A stretch of DNA of 64,000 nt from positions 146,224-210,223 of the forward strand of contig OY762445.1 in the NCBI GenBank assembly GCA_963665755.1, in the 5' to 3' direction. The translations under genes and the position numbers were made by a program. Below are positions 50,467 to 60,243 of this stretch, piece by piece. The notes beneath the pieces were generated by a model. That model was not told the origin of the DNA, made no database searches, and saw nothing but the letters and a program-made list of their open reading frames with translations. Each line of letters begins with the position of its first letter. The first letter of the stretch is position 1. The DNA is from a bacterium. GTDB lineage: Bacteria; JAAXHH01.

Positions 50467-51258
50467 TCAGGGGCTGTACACGGTGGACTGGTTATACGGA
50501 ATGATCAGGGGTTCCGGTCCGCTTTCCGGCAGATGGGATGCCCATTCCCGGGGATCGTAGTCACGGGCGACGAAACAGGCGTAATGGGCGGGCACGGCGG
50601 TTTTCAGCCCAAGGGAAACGGCGATGCGGGCCGATCCGTCGAAGAAGGGGAATTCGCCCTCGTTCGGGTGATTGGTCAGAAAGCCGATATGCGGCCGCAG
50701 GTCCCGTACCGGTGCGAGCAGGGATTCGTGGTTGCCGAACGTATTGACCGGGTCGCCGGAGATGTACACACGGACCGGTCCCATTTCGACGACGTAGCCA
50801 AGGTGTTGCACGTCGGGCGGTGCGATGCTGTCTTGGGGCAGGCCCTCAGGCGGTTTGGCCCATACCGTGTGCGCCTTCGACGATCCAATTTCGGCAGTGT
50901 CCCCCGCCGTGACAACCGTCATGCTCCCGCTGTTGAATCCTGCTTCCTTGAGCGCGTTCATGCTCTCGATCGGACCCACGAAACGAACATCTCGAAAGGC
51001 GGTCGACAGGCGCCCCAGCGATTCCACGCAGGTGTGATCGCCGTGGTTGTGGGTCAGCAGCACGAAGTCGGTCTTCAGCGTCCCTTCGTCCAGGGGCGGA
51101 CGGGCATGGACGAACCGGTCCGCGGGCCGTTCGCGGGGGAAGTAGGGATCGACCTGGATCACCGTGCCGTCCGGGTGCTTTAGTCCGAAAGAGCTCTGTC
51201 CGAACCAGTGGATGCCCACGCTTCCTTCGGGCACGTGCAGGTCTTCGAAGGGATGCAT
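50467..51258 (-). CDS. MBL-fold metallo-hydrolase
   Basis: HNHGDH zinc motif. GGGAAAGGA SD before ATG at 51258. The upstream part of the long ORF is Pro/Thr-rich and lacks an SD. Confidence 0.7.
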   Translation of the reverse strand: MHPFEDLHVPEGSVGIHWFGQSSFGLKHPDGTVIQVDPYFPRERPADRFVHARPPLDEGTLKTDFVLLTHNHGDHTCVESLGRLSTAFRDVRFVGPIESMNALKEAGFNSGSMTVVTAGDTAEIGSSKAHTVWAKPPEGLPQDSIAPPDVQHLGYVVEMGPVRVYISGDPVNTFGNHESLLAPVRDLRPHIGFLTNHPNEGEFPFFDGSARIAVSLGLKTAVPAHYACFVARDYDPREWASHLPESGPEPLIIPYNQSTVYSP

Positions 51259-51480
51259 GCGGTTATGTCCTTTCCCAGGTGTTCTGTGAAATCCATTCGC
51301 CAGGTGCATGAAGGGCACGGAGAACTTAGCGTCCAGGCCATTGCGTGTCAAGCAGGGTAGGGTCCACGCAGGAGTTGTCCGAGCGGTAGGATTCGGCGAG
51401 GGTCCGCCAGGGCTCCTGTTCATGGACTCGTCGTGATTTGCCTTGCTCCGGCCAGGGGGCCAACTTAGACTGAACGGACC

Positions 51481-52140
51481 ATGCTGCTATCTCGTTTTTT
51501 CAAGAAAAAAGGACGGGGTGCGGGCCCTGTTTCCCCCCAGGATCGGATGATCGAGGAGCAGATCGTCGGGCGCGGCATCGACGAACCCCGGCTGATCGAG
51601 GCCATGCGCGCCGTGCCGCGGCATCGGTTCATTCCCGAGGCGTTCAGGTCTCACGCCTACGAAGACTGTGCCGTGTCTCTCGACCTGGGACAGACCGTGT
51701 CCCAACCCTATATCGTGGGGCTGATGACCAGGCTGCTCGATGCGAATGAATCGGACCGGATCCTGGAGATCGGCACGGGATCGGGCTATCAGACGGCGAT
51801 CCTGGCCCGGCTCGCCCGATCCGTATACACGGTGGAACGGCTGGGTGTCCTGGGCCGGCGAGCGCGGGAGACGCTGGAATCCCTTGGGTACGACAACATC
51901 CATTACCGGATCGGAGACGGCCACGGGGGTTGGCCCGCGGAAGCGCCTTTCGACGGCATCATGGTGACGGCGGCGCCTAGGGTCCTGCCAAATATCCTAT
52001 TCGGCCAGCTGAAGAACAGAGGGAAAATGGTCGTCCCCATCGGGGAGGAACTGTACACCGTAACGCGGTCGGGGGACGAAGCGGTCAAGGTTCACCACGG
52101 CGGCGTGCGGTTCGTGCCCATGGTGGAGGATGGGGCTTAG
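51481..52140 (+). CDS. pcm: protein-L-isoaspartate O-methyltransferase
   Basis: SAM motif LEIGTGSGYQTAILA and Pcm-like termini. The true start may be at 51547. Confidence 0.85.
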   Translation: MLLSRFFKKKGRGAGPVSPQDRMIEEQIVGRGIDEPRLIEAMRAVPRHRFIPEAFRSHAYEDCAVSLDLGQTVSQPYIVGLMTRLLDANESDRILEIGTGSGYQTAILARLARSVYTVERLGVLGRRARETLESLGYDNIHYRIGDGHGGWPAEAPFDGIMVTAAPRVLPNILFGQLKNRGKMVVPIGEELYTVTRSGDEAVKVHHGGVRFVPMVEDGA

Positions 52141-52185
52141 CGGTTTACTACTCCGATCAGGCGGCGCCCTGGTTTACTAATATGG

Positions 52186-53193
52186 TCAGGCGGCGCCCAG
52201 CACTTCCCGTGCGGCCTGCGTGGTCTCACGGACCTGGTCCAGGGTCCCCATCCCGAACATGGAGGCCGAAACGCCGATCTCATCGAATACGTACTCGAAG
52301 GCCTTGTGTCCCAGGTAGCGGCCGCCGGCCATCGGCTTGATGGCGATGACGGGCTTACTGGCCTGCCTGATGGCGTCGATGGCCACGTCACGGGTGGGAA
52401 ACATGAAGGTGCCGGGGGCATTTACGGTAGTCAGGTAGCCGTCGACGGGGATGTTCTCGGCCTCGAGCAGCGGCAGGGTGACCCCGGCGTGGTGGACGCT
52501 CGTGATCACGGTGTCGAACCTTTCCCTCAGAAAGTCGAGGTACTCCCGGATCAGATCGAAGCGCCCGGTCATCGCGAGCAGGTCGATCTCGGCGCCCGGG
52601 TCGGCTACGAGGATATCGCACCCGGCGAAGAAACCCAGGTACTGCTCCAGGATACCGTAATCGATCTCGAAACGGGCGGCGTCCGCTTCCGTGTACGGCG
52701 GTACGGTCTCCGGCGTGACGATGCCTTCAAAGGTGTCCCCCAGGTTATAGCGGATGATGTCGTCGCGGCTGAAGTGGTCACGGAAGGCCTGGCCGGCGAG
52801 GGCTTCGTTGCGGCCGTAGAAGGTCGAATGGGCACGATCCGAATAGGAGACGATTTCGCCGTCCAGCGTGACCGGGATCAGGATGTATGCCACGATGCCC
52901 AGTTGCGTGGCGGTCTGCTGCTCGGTTTCCCAGATGGCCTGCAGATGCAGCCGGTCGAGTTTGGGCAGCATGTGATCTACTTGGATGGCCGTGATGCCGC
53001 CTTCCTCGACGGCGTATCTAAGCACGGCGGCCACCGATTGTACGCGGCTGAAGGAGCGTAAATTCGCCGCATCCCGCGCCTTGTCCTGGTAGGAACAGCC
53101 ATCGTAGGGATGGATGCCCATGATCAGGCGGGGGACCTCGGCCTGGCCGATTTGTGTCGTGGGTACGCCGCAGCCTTCCAGATATGTCTTCAT
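52186..53193 (-). CDS. hypothetical protein
   Basis: 335-aa ORF with good codon bias; no motif recognised. Confidence 0.45.
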   Translation of the reverse strand: MKTYLEGCGVPTTQIGQAEVPRLIMGIHPYDGCSYQDKARDAANLRSFSRVQSVAAVLRYAVEEGGITAIQVDHMLPKLDRLHLQAIWETEQQTATQLGIVAYILIPVTLDGEIVSYSDRAHSTFYGRNEALAGQAFRDHFSRDDIIRYNLGDTFEGIVTPETVPPYTEADAARFEIDYGILEQYLGFFAGCDILVADPGAEIDLLAMTGRFDLIREYLDFLRERFDTVITSVHHAGVTLPLLEAENIPVDGYLTTVNAPGTFMFPTRDVAIDAIRQASKPVIAIKPMAGGRYLGHKAFEYVFDEIGVSASMFGMGTLDQVRETTQAAREVLGAA

Positions 53194-53315
53194 TGCATCC
53201 CGGTCCCGGACTCAGTGACTCATTCCATAGAAACCAAACGTAACTACAGGCCTAATACTGCTTTGTATATAACTCTTCTGGTTTGGCTAATATATACCTT
53301 TGAATACCAGGTATG

Positions 53316-53356
53316 CAAGTCCCGGCCGTCTTGGAATACAAGTCCCGGCCGTCTTG
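53316..53356. promoter_or_regulatory. 2 x 18-bp direct repeat CAAGTCCCGGCCGTCTTG, 5-bp spacer, in a divergent promoter region
   Basis: Read directly at 53316-53333 and 53339-53356, between the minus-strand hypothetical gene and the SMP-30 gene. Confidence 0.4.
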
Positions 53357-53524
53357 CCACACACGATCCCGGAATCCCGTGCCGGCCCCACCGGATTTCC
53401 CCCATGTCCCGCCTTGACCCTTGACATCTTTTGGTATATATACTTGCAATCCCGTCGATACGTCCTTCCCCGGCGGTACCGCACGCGTACATTTCTGTTC
53501 TGTGGCAGGTCGATTTCTGCCTTC

Positions 53525-54463
53525 ATGACCGATCAACCGGAGTATGCCATGTTGGCGACCATTGAAAAGATTGCAGAAGTAGATGCGACGGTGGGCGAGG
53601 GGCCCGTCTGGGATCCGGACAGCGGGACGCTGATGTGGACCGACATCCGGACCGGCAGGTTCTTCTCGTATGACCCGGCGACGAATCAGAACCGACAGGT
53701 GCACGACGGCTTCAACGTAGGCGGGTTCGCCTTCAACGAATACGGCGGCCTTGTGGCCTGCATCTGGGACGGCGTCGTACTATGGAACTCCGACGAGGAC
53801 TGGGTGCGCATTTTCGACGAGACCCATGAAGGAGAACCGTTGTGCTTCAATGACGTGACGGCCGACCCCGGCGGCCGGATGTTCGCTGGCTCCCTGATCG
53901 ACGGCGGTCTGGGCAAACTGTACCGCTTCGATCCGGACGGCGGTGTGGAAGTCATCGAGGAGGGGATCGGGTGCAGCAACGGCATGGGTTACTCGCCGGA
54001 CGAATCCATCATGTACTACACCGATTCGGCCGTGCGGACGATCTACGCCTATGATTACGATCGGGCGACCGGCTCGGTCTCCAACCGTCGGGATTTCGTC
54101 AAGCTGCCCGATACGGCGGGTGTGCCGGACGGGATGACCGTCGATTCCGAAGGTTACGTCTGGACGGCGGTCTGGTTCGACGGATGCATTATCCGGTTCG
54201 ACCCGGACGGCGTGGAGGAGCGTCGCATCGCGCTACCGGCTATACAGACTTCGAGCGTCATGTTCGGAGGTCCGGATCTGACTGACATCTACGTCACGAC
54301 CGCCGGGATCGAAGTGATACCCGGCTCGCCTCTCGACCCCAAGGACTACGATTGGGAGGCATATGGACAGGGTTACCGCGGCGGCGGCCTGTTCCGCGTA
54401 CGGCAGGACATTCAAGGCAAGCCCGAATACAAAGCCCGTTTTCCGTGGCCTGATAAATCATGA
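53525..54463 (+). CDS. SMP-30/gluconolactonase/LRE family protein
   Basis: Six-bladed beta-propeller signature (GPVWDPDSGTLMWTDI; NGMGYSPD; DGMTVDSEGYVWTA). Confidence 0.8.
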   Translation: MTDQPEYAMLATIEKIAEVDATVGEGPVWDPDSGTLMWTDIRTGRFFSYDPATNQNRQVHDGFNVGGFAFNEYGGLVACIWDGVVLWNSDEDWVRIFDETHEGEPLCFNDVTADPGGRMFAGSLIDGGLGKLYRFDPDGGVEVIEEGIGCSNGMGYSPDESIMYYTDSAVRTIYAYDYDRATGSVSNRRDFVKLPDTAGVPDGMTVDSEGYVWTAVWFDGCIIRFDPDGVEERRIALPAIQTSSVMFGGPDLTDIYVTTAGIEVIPGSPLDPKDYDWEAYGQGYRGGGLFRVRQDIQGKPEYKARFPWPDKS

Positions 54464-54475
54464 CTGGAGGAATGA

Positions 54476-56020
54476 ATGGCCTTCGACGTCGTCATTCGCG
54501 GCGGTGAGGTAATCGATGGTACCGGGAAAACCGGCCGGTACCGGGCAGACGTGGGACTGCGGGACGGCCGCGTGGAAGGGATCGGAGACCTGGCGGATGT
54601 CGAGGCCGCCCGGACCATCGACGCCGGTGGCCACATCGTCTGCCCCGGCTTTATCGACGTCCACGTACACTCCGAGAATTCCCTGCTAGGCGGCCGCGAC
54701 CAGATGGGCGGTCTCCGTCAGGGCGTGACGACCCACTTGCTCGCGCCGGATGGATTCGGCTGGGCGGGTTTGGCTCCCGAGGATGCCCTGCCCCTATGGC
54801 ACTACACGCAGTTTGCCTACGGCGAGCCTTTGGAACCGGTCAATTGGCCCACCATCGAATCCTACCTGGACCTCTTTCCCGGCCGCTCGCCGGCCAATGT
54901 GTATCCGCAGGTTCCGCACTGCGCCGTCCGCGTCAAGGCCATGGGATGGGATCCCGGGCCTCCTAGTCCGGACCAGTTGAAAGTCATGGAAACGGAGACC
55001 CGTGCGTGGATGGAAGCAGGCGCCGGATGCCTCTGCCTGGGACTGGACTACCAGCCCAGCGCCAACGCGCCTTTCGAGGAACTGGTGGCGCTATGCAAGG
55101 TGGCCCTGGAATACGACGGGATCTACGCCGCGCACCTGAGGTACCAGATCCTGGGACGGGACCGGGCCTGGCAGGAGATCATCGACCTGAATCGCGCCAG
55201 CGGCATACCCGTTCACGTATCCCACGAACGCGTCGACGGCATGACGGGCCCGATCCTTGAACAGGCGATGAAGGACGGGGTGGACATCACCTTCGAGTCC
55301 TATCTCTATCCGGCCGGCATGACGCATATCACGATGCAGCTGCCCATGTGGGTCCAGACGGGCAGTCCGGATGAAGTCCTCGAACGGATGCGCCAGCCGG
55401 AAACCCGCCGCGAAGCGCTCGAATATCTGAAATCGACGAACCTGGCTGACAGACAGTACATCGGATATACGCGATCCGGCAACTTCGCGGGGATGACCCT
55501 GGGCGAGGCCGCGCGGAGCGTGAACAAGTCCAACGAGGAGTTTGCCTACGACCTCGTGCTCGATGAAGACGGCATACAGACGTTCATCATGTTCTGGCCG
55601 GTTCCGCAGGAGGAAGTCGACGCCGTGTTGAACCGGACGGCGTCCCATCCCCTCATGATGGTCGCCAGCGACGGCGTCTATGATTGCACCCATCCCCATC
55701 CCCGGGGGCAGGGATGTTTCGCCCAGATGCTCAGGAAATTCGTAAGGGAGCGCGATCTGCTCTCCCTTGAAGAAGCCGTATACAAGATGAGCGGCTTCCC
55801 GGCGGAACGCTACCGGTTGAAAGACCGGGGCGTGTTGCGCGAAGGCGCTCCGGCGGACGTGGTCGTCTTCGATCCGCAAACCGTGGCCGACCGGGCCACC
55901 TTCGAAGCGCCGATTCAGCCTCCCGACGGCATTCCCCATGTTTTCGTCAACGGCATTCCGGTTATCGAAGACCACGAGCCCACGAAGCACCGTCCGGGCC
56001 GGGTCCTGCGCAGAGGATAG
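54476..56020 (+). CDS. N-acyl-D-amino-acid deacylase (D-aminoacylase) family amidohydrolase
   Basis: N-terminal DVVIRGGEVIDGTG...PGFIDVHVH motif and C-terminal domain typical of the D-aminoacylase family. Confidence 0.8.
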   Translation: MAFDVVIRGGEVIDGTGKTGRYRADVGLRDGRVEGIGDLADVEAARTIDAGGHIVCPGFIDVHVHSENSLLGGRDQMGGLRQGVTTHLLAPDGFGWAGLAPEDALPLWHYTQFAYGEPLEPVNWPTIESYLDLFPGRSPANVYPQVPHCAVRVKAMGWDPGPPSPDQLKVMETETRAWMEAGAGCLCLGLDYQPSANAPFEELVALCKVALEYDGIYAAHLRYQILGRDRAWQEIIDLNRASGIPVHVSHERVDGMTGPILEQAMKDGVDITFESYLYPAGMTHITMQLPMWVQTGSPDEVLERMRQPETRREALEYLKSTNLADRQYIGYTRSGNFAGMTLGEAARSVNKSNEEFAYDLVLDEDGIQTFIMFWPVPQEEVDAVLNRTASHPLMMVASDGVYDCTHPHPRGQGCFAQMLRKFVRERDLLSLEEAVYKMSGFPAERYRLKDRGVLREGAPADVVVFDPQTVADRATFEAPIQPPDGIPHVFVNGIPVIEDHEPTKHRPGRVLRRG

Positions 56021-56041
56021 GAAGGGAAGAGTTTCAACTAC

Positions 56042-57844
56042 ATGGATTGGGATCTGGCTTCTTACTTTCCTGCTTTTGACGGACCGGAGATGCGCCGATT
56101 CAAGGCCGACCTGAAGGCCGACCTGGATGCTTTGCTGACTGAAGCATCGGACACGGCGGCACTGGACTCCGGTAACCAGAAAGCGTGGGAGCGTATTGTC
56201 CTCTCCTTCGAAAGTGCCGTCACCCGGTTGAGGCACCTGGGTTCCTATGTCTCCTGTATAACCTCCGCCGACGCGAACAACGAGGATTTTGCCGCCGAAG
56301 AAGGCGCGTTGAGCCTGCTGAACGCACGGATGTCGAAGGTTCACGTCGAACTGCAGCGGGGGTTCGAGTCTCCTTCAGACGAAGATTTCGAATCTTTCGT
56401 TTCCCGTTCCGCGCTCCGCGACGCCCGGTACCGAATCTCGCGTATCCGGGTGCAGTCCCGGCATACCATGTCCACGGAAAAAGAACACCTGGCATCGGAC
56501 CTGGGCGTCGACGGTATCGAGGCCTGGGGCCGTCTCTACGACCGTATATCGGGCAAGCTGACCTTCGAGATGGCCTATCCGGACGGCCGGCGGGAAGAGA
56601 TTCCCATGTCGCAGCGACGGGCACTGATGGAACACTCCGACCGGCGGGTTCGCCGCGCCGCATTCGAGGGGGGCAACGAGACCTGGGCGTCTATTGAAAC
56701 CGTGCCGGCGGCCGCATTGAACGCCATCGGGGGCACGCGGTTGACGCTGTACCGCCATCGAGGCATAGACCACTATCTCGACCGGGCCCTCTTCCAGGCG
56801 GCGATCTCACGGGAGACGCTGGAAGCCATGTTTGAAGCAGTATTTGCTGAGATCGACGTCGCCCGGAGCATCCTGGCGTTCAAGGCAAGCCTCATGGGCG
56901 GCGAACACATGGGCTGGTACGATATATCGGCGCCCCTGACGGTACAGTACCAGGACGAGCCTTCCTGGGATGACGCCACGGCCCTGGTGCACCGGGCATT
57001 TGCAGCCGGGTATCCGGCCCTGGCGGACTATACGGCCGAAGCTTACGAGAAGAAGTGGATCGACTGGTCGCAACGGCCGGGCAAGCGCCCCGGAGCCTTC
57101 TGCACGGGATCTCCCCTGACGAAAGAGTCCCGGGTCTACATGACCTACAACGACAACATGGGCGACGTTTTGACCCTCGCCCACGAGCTGGGACACGCCT
57201 TTCATGGCCACTTGATGCGTACGGAACGTACGCTGAACCGCGCCTATCCCATGACCCTGGCCGAATCGGCTTCCACCTTCGGCGAGATGCTGCTCATGCG
57301 CGGGTTGCTGGAGGAGCCGGAGGTCGGCGCGGAGACCAGGGCGTTTCTGCTCAACCTGGAGGCCAGCGACGGGGCCACCTACCTGCTGGACATTCCCGTG
57401 AGATTCGAGTTCGAGACGTCGTTTCATGATGAAAGGGCGAATGGAGAAGTCGCTGTCGGACGGTTGAAGGAACTGATGGTCGACACACAGCGCCGCGTAC
57501 TGGGTAACGTGCTGGACCCCGCGGGCGCCGATCCCTATTTCTGGGCGTCCAAACTCCATTTTTACATCACGGGTACCACGTTTTACAATTTTCCCTATAC
57601 CTTCGGCTATCTGCTCAGCCGAGGTCTCTTCGCCCGGTACGAGCAGGAAGGCCTGGATTTTCTGCCGAGATACGAGCAGTACCTGAAACTGACCGGTAGC
57701 GACACGGCCGAAAACGTGGTCCGGCGAACCGTGGGGATCGACCTCACGGATCCCGGGTTCTGGTCCGACGCCATACGCGGCCTGGAGGACGTTTTGGAAC
57801 AGCTCAAGGCCAGTGTGGCGGATAGCCGGGCCGTATTGAATTAG
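56042..57844 (+). CDS. M3 family oligoendopeptidase (PepF-like)
   Basis: HELGHAFH zinc motif plus a downstream Glu; 600 aa. Confidence 0.8.
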   Translation: MDWDLASYFPAFDGPEMRRFKADLKADLDALLTEASDTAALDSGNQKAWERIVLSFESAVTRLRHLGSYVSCITSADANNEDFAAEEGALSLLNARMSKVHVELQRGFESPSDEDFESFVSRSALRDARYRISRIRVQSRHTMSTEKEHLASDLGVDGIEAWGRLYDRISGKLTFEMAYPDGRREEIPMSQRRALMEHSDRRVRRAAFEGGNETWASIETVPAAALNAIGGTRLTLYRHRGIDHYLDRALFQAAISRETLEAMFEAVFAEIDVARSILAFKASLMGGEHMGWYDISAPLTVQYQDEPSWDDATALVHRAFAAGYPALADYTAEAYEKKWIDWSQRPGKRPGAFCTGSPLTKESRVYMTYNDNMGDVLTLAHELGHAFHGHLMRTERTLNRAYPMTLAESASTFGEMLLMRGLLEEPEVGAETRAFLLNLEASDGATYLLDIPVRFEFETSFHDERANGEVAVGRLKELMVDTQRRVLGNVLDPAGADPYFWASKLHFYITGTTFYNFPYTFGYLLSRGLFARYEQEGLDFLPRYEQYLKLTGSDTAENVVRRTVGIDLTDPGFWSDAIRGLEDVLEQLKASVADSRAVLN

Positions 57845-57875
57845 CAGGATCGCAGGAGAGAAAGGACCGTAGTGT

Positions 57876-58628
57876 ATGACGAAGGTGATCGAGGGGGAAC
57901 GTAACCGTTTCCACGGCGTGGAAGTTGGTTCCGAAGACCTGCCCGACACACCGGATGGATTCAAGGAGCGTCTGGACCATTCGATCCGGGAGTGGAAGGC
58001 GGAGGGTTTACAGGTTGCCTGGTTCAAGGTCCCCCTGTCCCGGGCCTTCCTCATTCCCCCACTGGTGGACGCGGGCGGAGTATTCCATCACAGTACCACC
58101 GACTACCTGATGCTGACGCTCCGCCTGGCCGAAAGCGCCTTCGTGCCGCTGTACGCTACCCATTACATCGGCGCGGGCGGCGTGGTGATCAACGAGAAGA
58201 ACGAACTGCTCGTGGTCTGCGAACGGTTTCGCGGGGGACGCGCGCCGTATTACAAGCTGCCCGGAGGCGCGCTGCAGCCGGAGGAACACCTGGCCGAGGG
58301 CGTGGTCCGTGAAGTCTTCGAGGAAACGGGCGTGCCGACCAGTTTCGACGGGCTGGTCTGCTTCCGGCACTGGCATGGCTACCGGTACGACAAGTCGGAC
58401 ATCTACTTCGTCTGCCGGTTGAAGCCGCTGCACCAGATCATCAAAATGCAGGCCACGGAGATCGAAGAGTGTTTCTGGATGCCCGTGGATACCTACATGG
58501 GCTCGGAAAACGTCAGCCAGTTCAACAAGCTCATCGTCAAGGCCGCGGTGGAAAACGAAGGCCTGAAGGAAACATGGGTCGACGGATACGGCGATCCGGA
58601 CCGGTACGAGTTTTTCATGCCGGAGTAG
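57876..58628 (+). CDS. Nudix hydrolase (NUDT6-like, with N-terminal Nudix_N_2-type domain)
   Basis: Nudix box GGALQPEEHLAEGVVREVFEETGV. Confidence 0.75.
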   Translation: MTKVIEGERNRFHGVEVGSEDLPDTPDGFKERLDHSIREWKAEGLQVAWFKVPLSRAFLIPPLVDAGGVFHHSTTDYLMLTLRLAESAFVPLYATHYIGAGGVVINEKNELLVVCERFRGGRAPYYKLPGGALQPEEHLAEGVVREVFEETGVPTSFDGLVCFRHWHGYRYDKSDIYFVCRLKPLHQIIKMQATEIEECFWMPVDTYMGSENVSQFNKLIVKAAVENEGLKETWVDGYGDPDRYEFFMPE

Positions 58629-58700
58629 GACCGCGGGTTCAGGACCACTTTTGTCTGAGGGAATATCAACAGGTCAACTTATCTCAACGAGGACCAACCC

Positions 58701-60107
58701 ATGGCTAAGACACGCCGCCGAAAGAAGAAGCGCCCCAATATCGTATTGCTGGGCGTGGATTCCCTTCTGGCCGATCACATGAGCTGCTACGGATATCATC
58801 GGCACACCACGCCCCATATCGACCGGTTCGCCGAGGGAGGCGCGCTGTTCGAGAAGACCTACAGCGCCCATATCCCCACGACGAGCGCCTATGCCTCCAT
58901 GCTGACCGGCCTGGACGCCTTTGGCACCCAGGTAGTGGCTCTGCGGCATAAGGGCGGACTCCGGGAGGACGTGCAGACGCTGCCCGAGATCCTGCGGGAG
59001 CACGGATATGCGTCCACCTGCGTGGGTTTCGGGGGAAACCCGTCCTCGCGAGGTTTCGACAAGTACATCGAGTATCCGAGCTGGGGCAGCTGGAACGAGG
59101 GGCGCAGTCCCAAGGCGCAGAATCTGAACGACGTGGCGATCCCGGAGCTGGACCGGCTGGCCAAACGGCGCGGACCTTTCTTCCTGTTTCTGCGCCATAT
59201 GGATCCTCATGCGCCGTACCTGCCGCCGGAACCCTACGAACGCATGTTCTATCACGGCGACGAGTGCGATCCTGAAAACCGGTCCATGGATCCCGTCAAG
59301 GCGTTCAAGCCTTTCTGTGATTTCTTCGCCGCGTGGATGCCTCCCGGCATCACCGACAAAGACTACGTCATCGCCCAGTACGACGGCGCCGTCGCGTATA
59401 TGGACGCCTGTATCCAGACCATCTTCAACGCTCTGGAAGCCCACGGCATCATGGACGAAACGATCGTGATCTTAAATGGGGATCACGGCGAGACCCTCTA
59501 CGACCACGAATGCTGGTTCGATCACCACGGGCTCTACGATGTTACGCTCCACGTCCCGCTCATCATCCGGTATCCAGGCAGGATCCCTGCGGGTAGCCGC
59601 ATCAGCGGGTACAACCAGCACAAGGATCTCGTCCCCACCATCATGGATCTGGCCGAAATCGACGCTGGGATCGACTACGACGGGGACAGCCTGATGGCGC
59701 TGGTCGACGGCACGGTTTCCTCCTTCGACAGCGAATTCTATATCACCGAGTGCACGTGGATGCGCAAGCACGGCTGGCGGACGCCGCAGTGGAAGCTGAT
59801 GGTCGCCCTGGAGCCGGATTTCCACTTCAAGCCGACGATTGAGCTGTACAACCTGGTGGAGGACCCGGACGAGAACCGGAACCTGGCCGAGGAGTTGCCG
59901 GAGGTGGTGAGCCTGCTCAAGCGGCGGATGAACAACTGGATACGGAAGCGGGTGAAAGAGACCGGAAAGCGTAATCCCATGCTTACCCAGGGGGACTGGC
60001 ACGGGCACGAGGGCGTGGGTGCCTTCAAGACATCGCAGCAGGCCTACGACACGATGCACATCGGCGACCCTGATCAGGCCGCCAGTCTGCAGGCGCGCAG
60101 CAGGTAG
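58701..60107 (+). CDS. sulfatase-fold (alkaline-phosphatase superfamily) hydrolase/transferase with Thr at the FGly position; no signal peptide
   Basis: DSLLADHMSCYGY metal-binding N-terminus. The position of the C-x-P-x-R motif reads IPTTSAY (Cys->Thr, Arg->Tyr). Basic N-terminus MAKTRRRKKKRP. Confidence 0.75.
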   Translation: MAKTRRRKKKRPNIVLLGVDSLLADHMSCYGYHRHTTPHIDRFAEGGALFEKTYSAHIPTTSAYASMLTGLDAFGTQVVALRHKGGLREDVQTLPEILREHGYASTCVGFGGNPSSRGFDKYIEYPSWGSWNEGRSPKAQNLNDVAIPELDRLAKRRGPFFLFLRHMDPHAPYLPPEPYERMFYHGDECDPENRSMDPVKAFKPFCDFFAAWMPPGITDKDYVIAQYDGAVAYMDACIQTIFNALEAHGIMDETIVILNGDHGETLYDHECWFDHHGLYDVTLHVPLIIRYPGRIPAGSRISGYNQHKDLVPTIMDLAEIDAGIDYDGDSLMALVDGTVSSFDSEFYITECTWMRKHGWRTPQWKLMVALEPDFHFKPTIELYNLVEDPDENRNLAEELPEVVSLLKRRMNNWIRKRVKETGKRNPMLTQGDWHGHEGVGAFKTSQQAYDTMHIGDPDQAASLQARSR

Positions 60108-60243
60108 AGCGCACCGCGCCTCGCGCACCGAAGTCGAAACCTGGGGTAAAAACCCGACTGCATAATCTACACAAGTAACGGTAAAAATACAGTTTAACGC
60201 GCGTAAAACGAAACACGAAGAATCCGCAAAGGAGTGATTGAAG

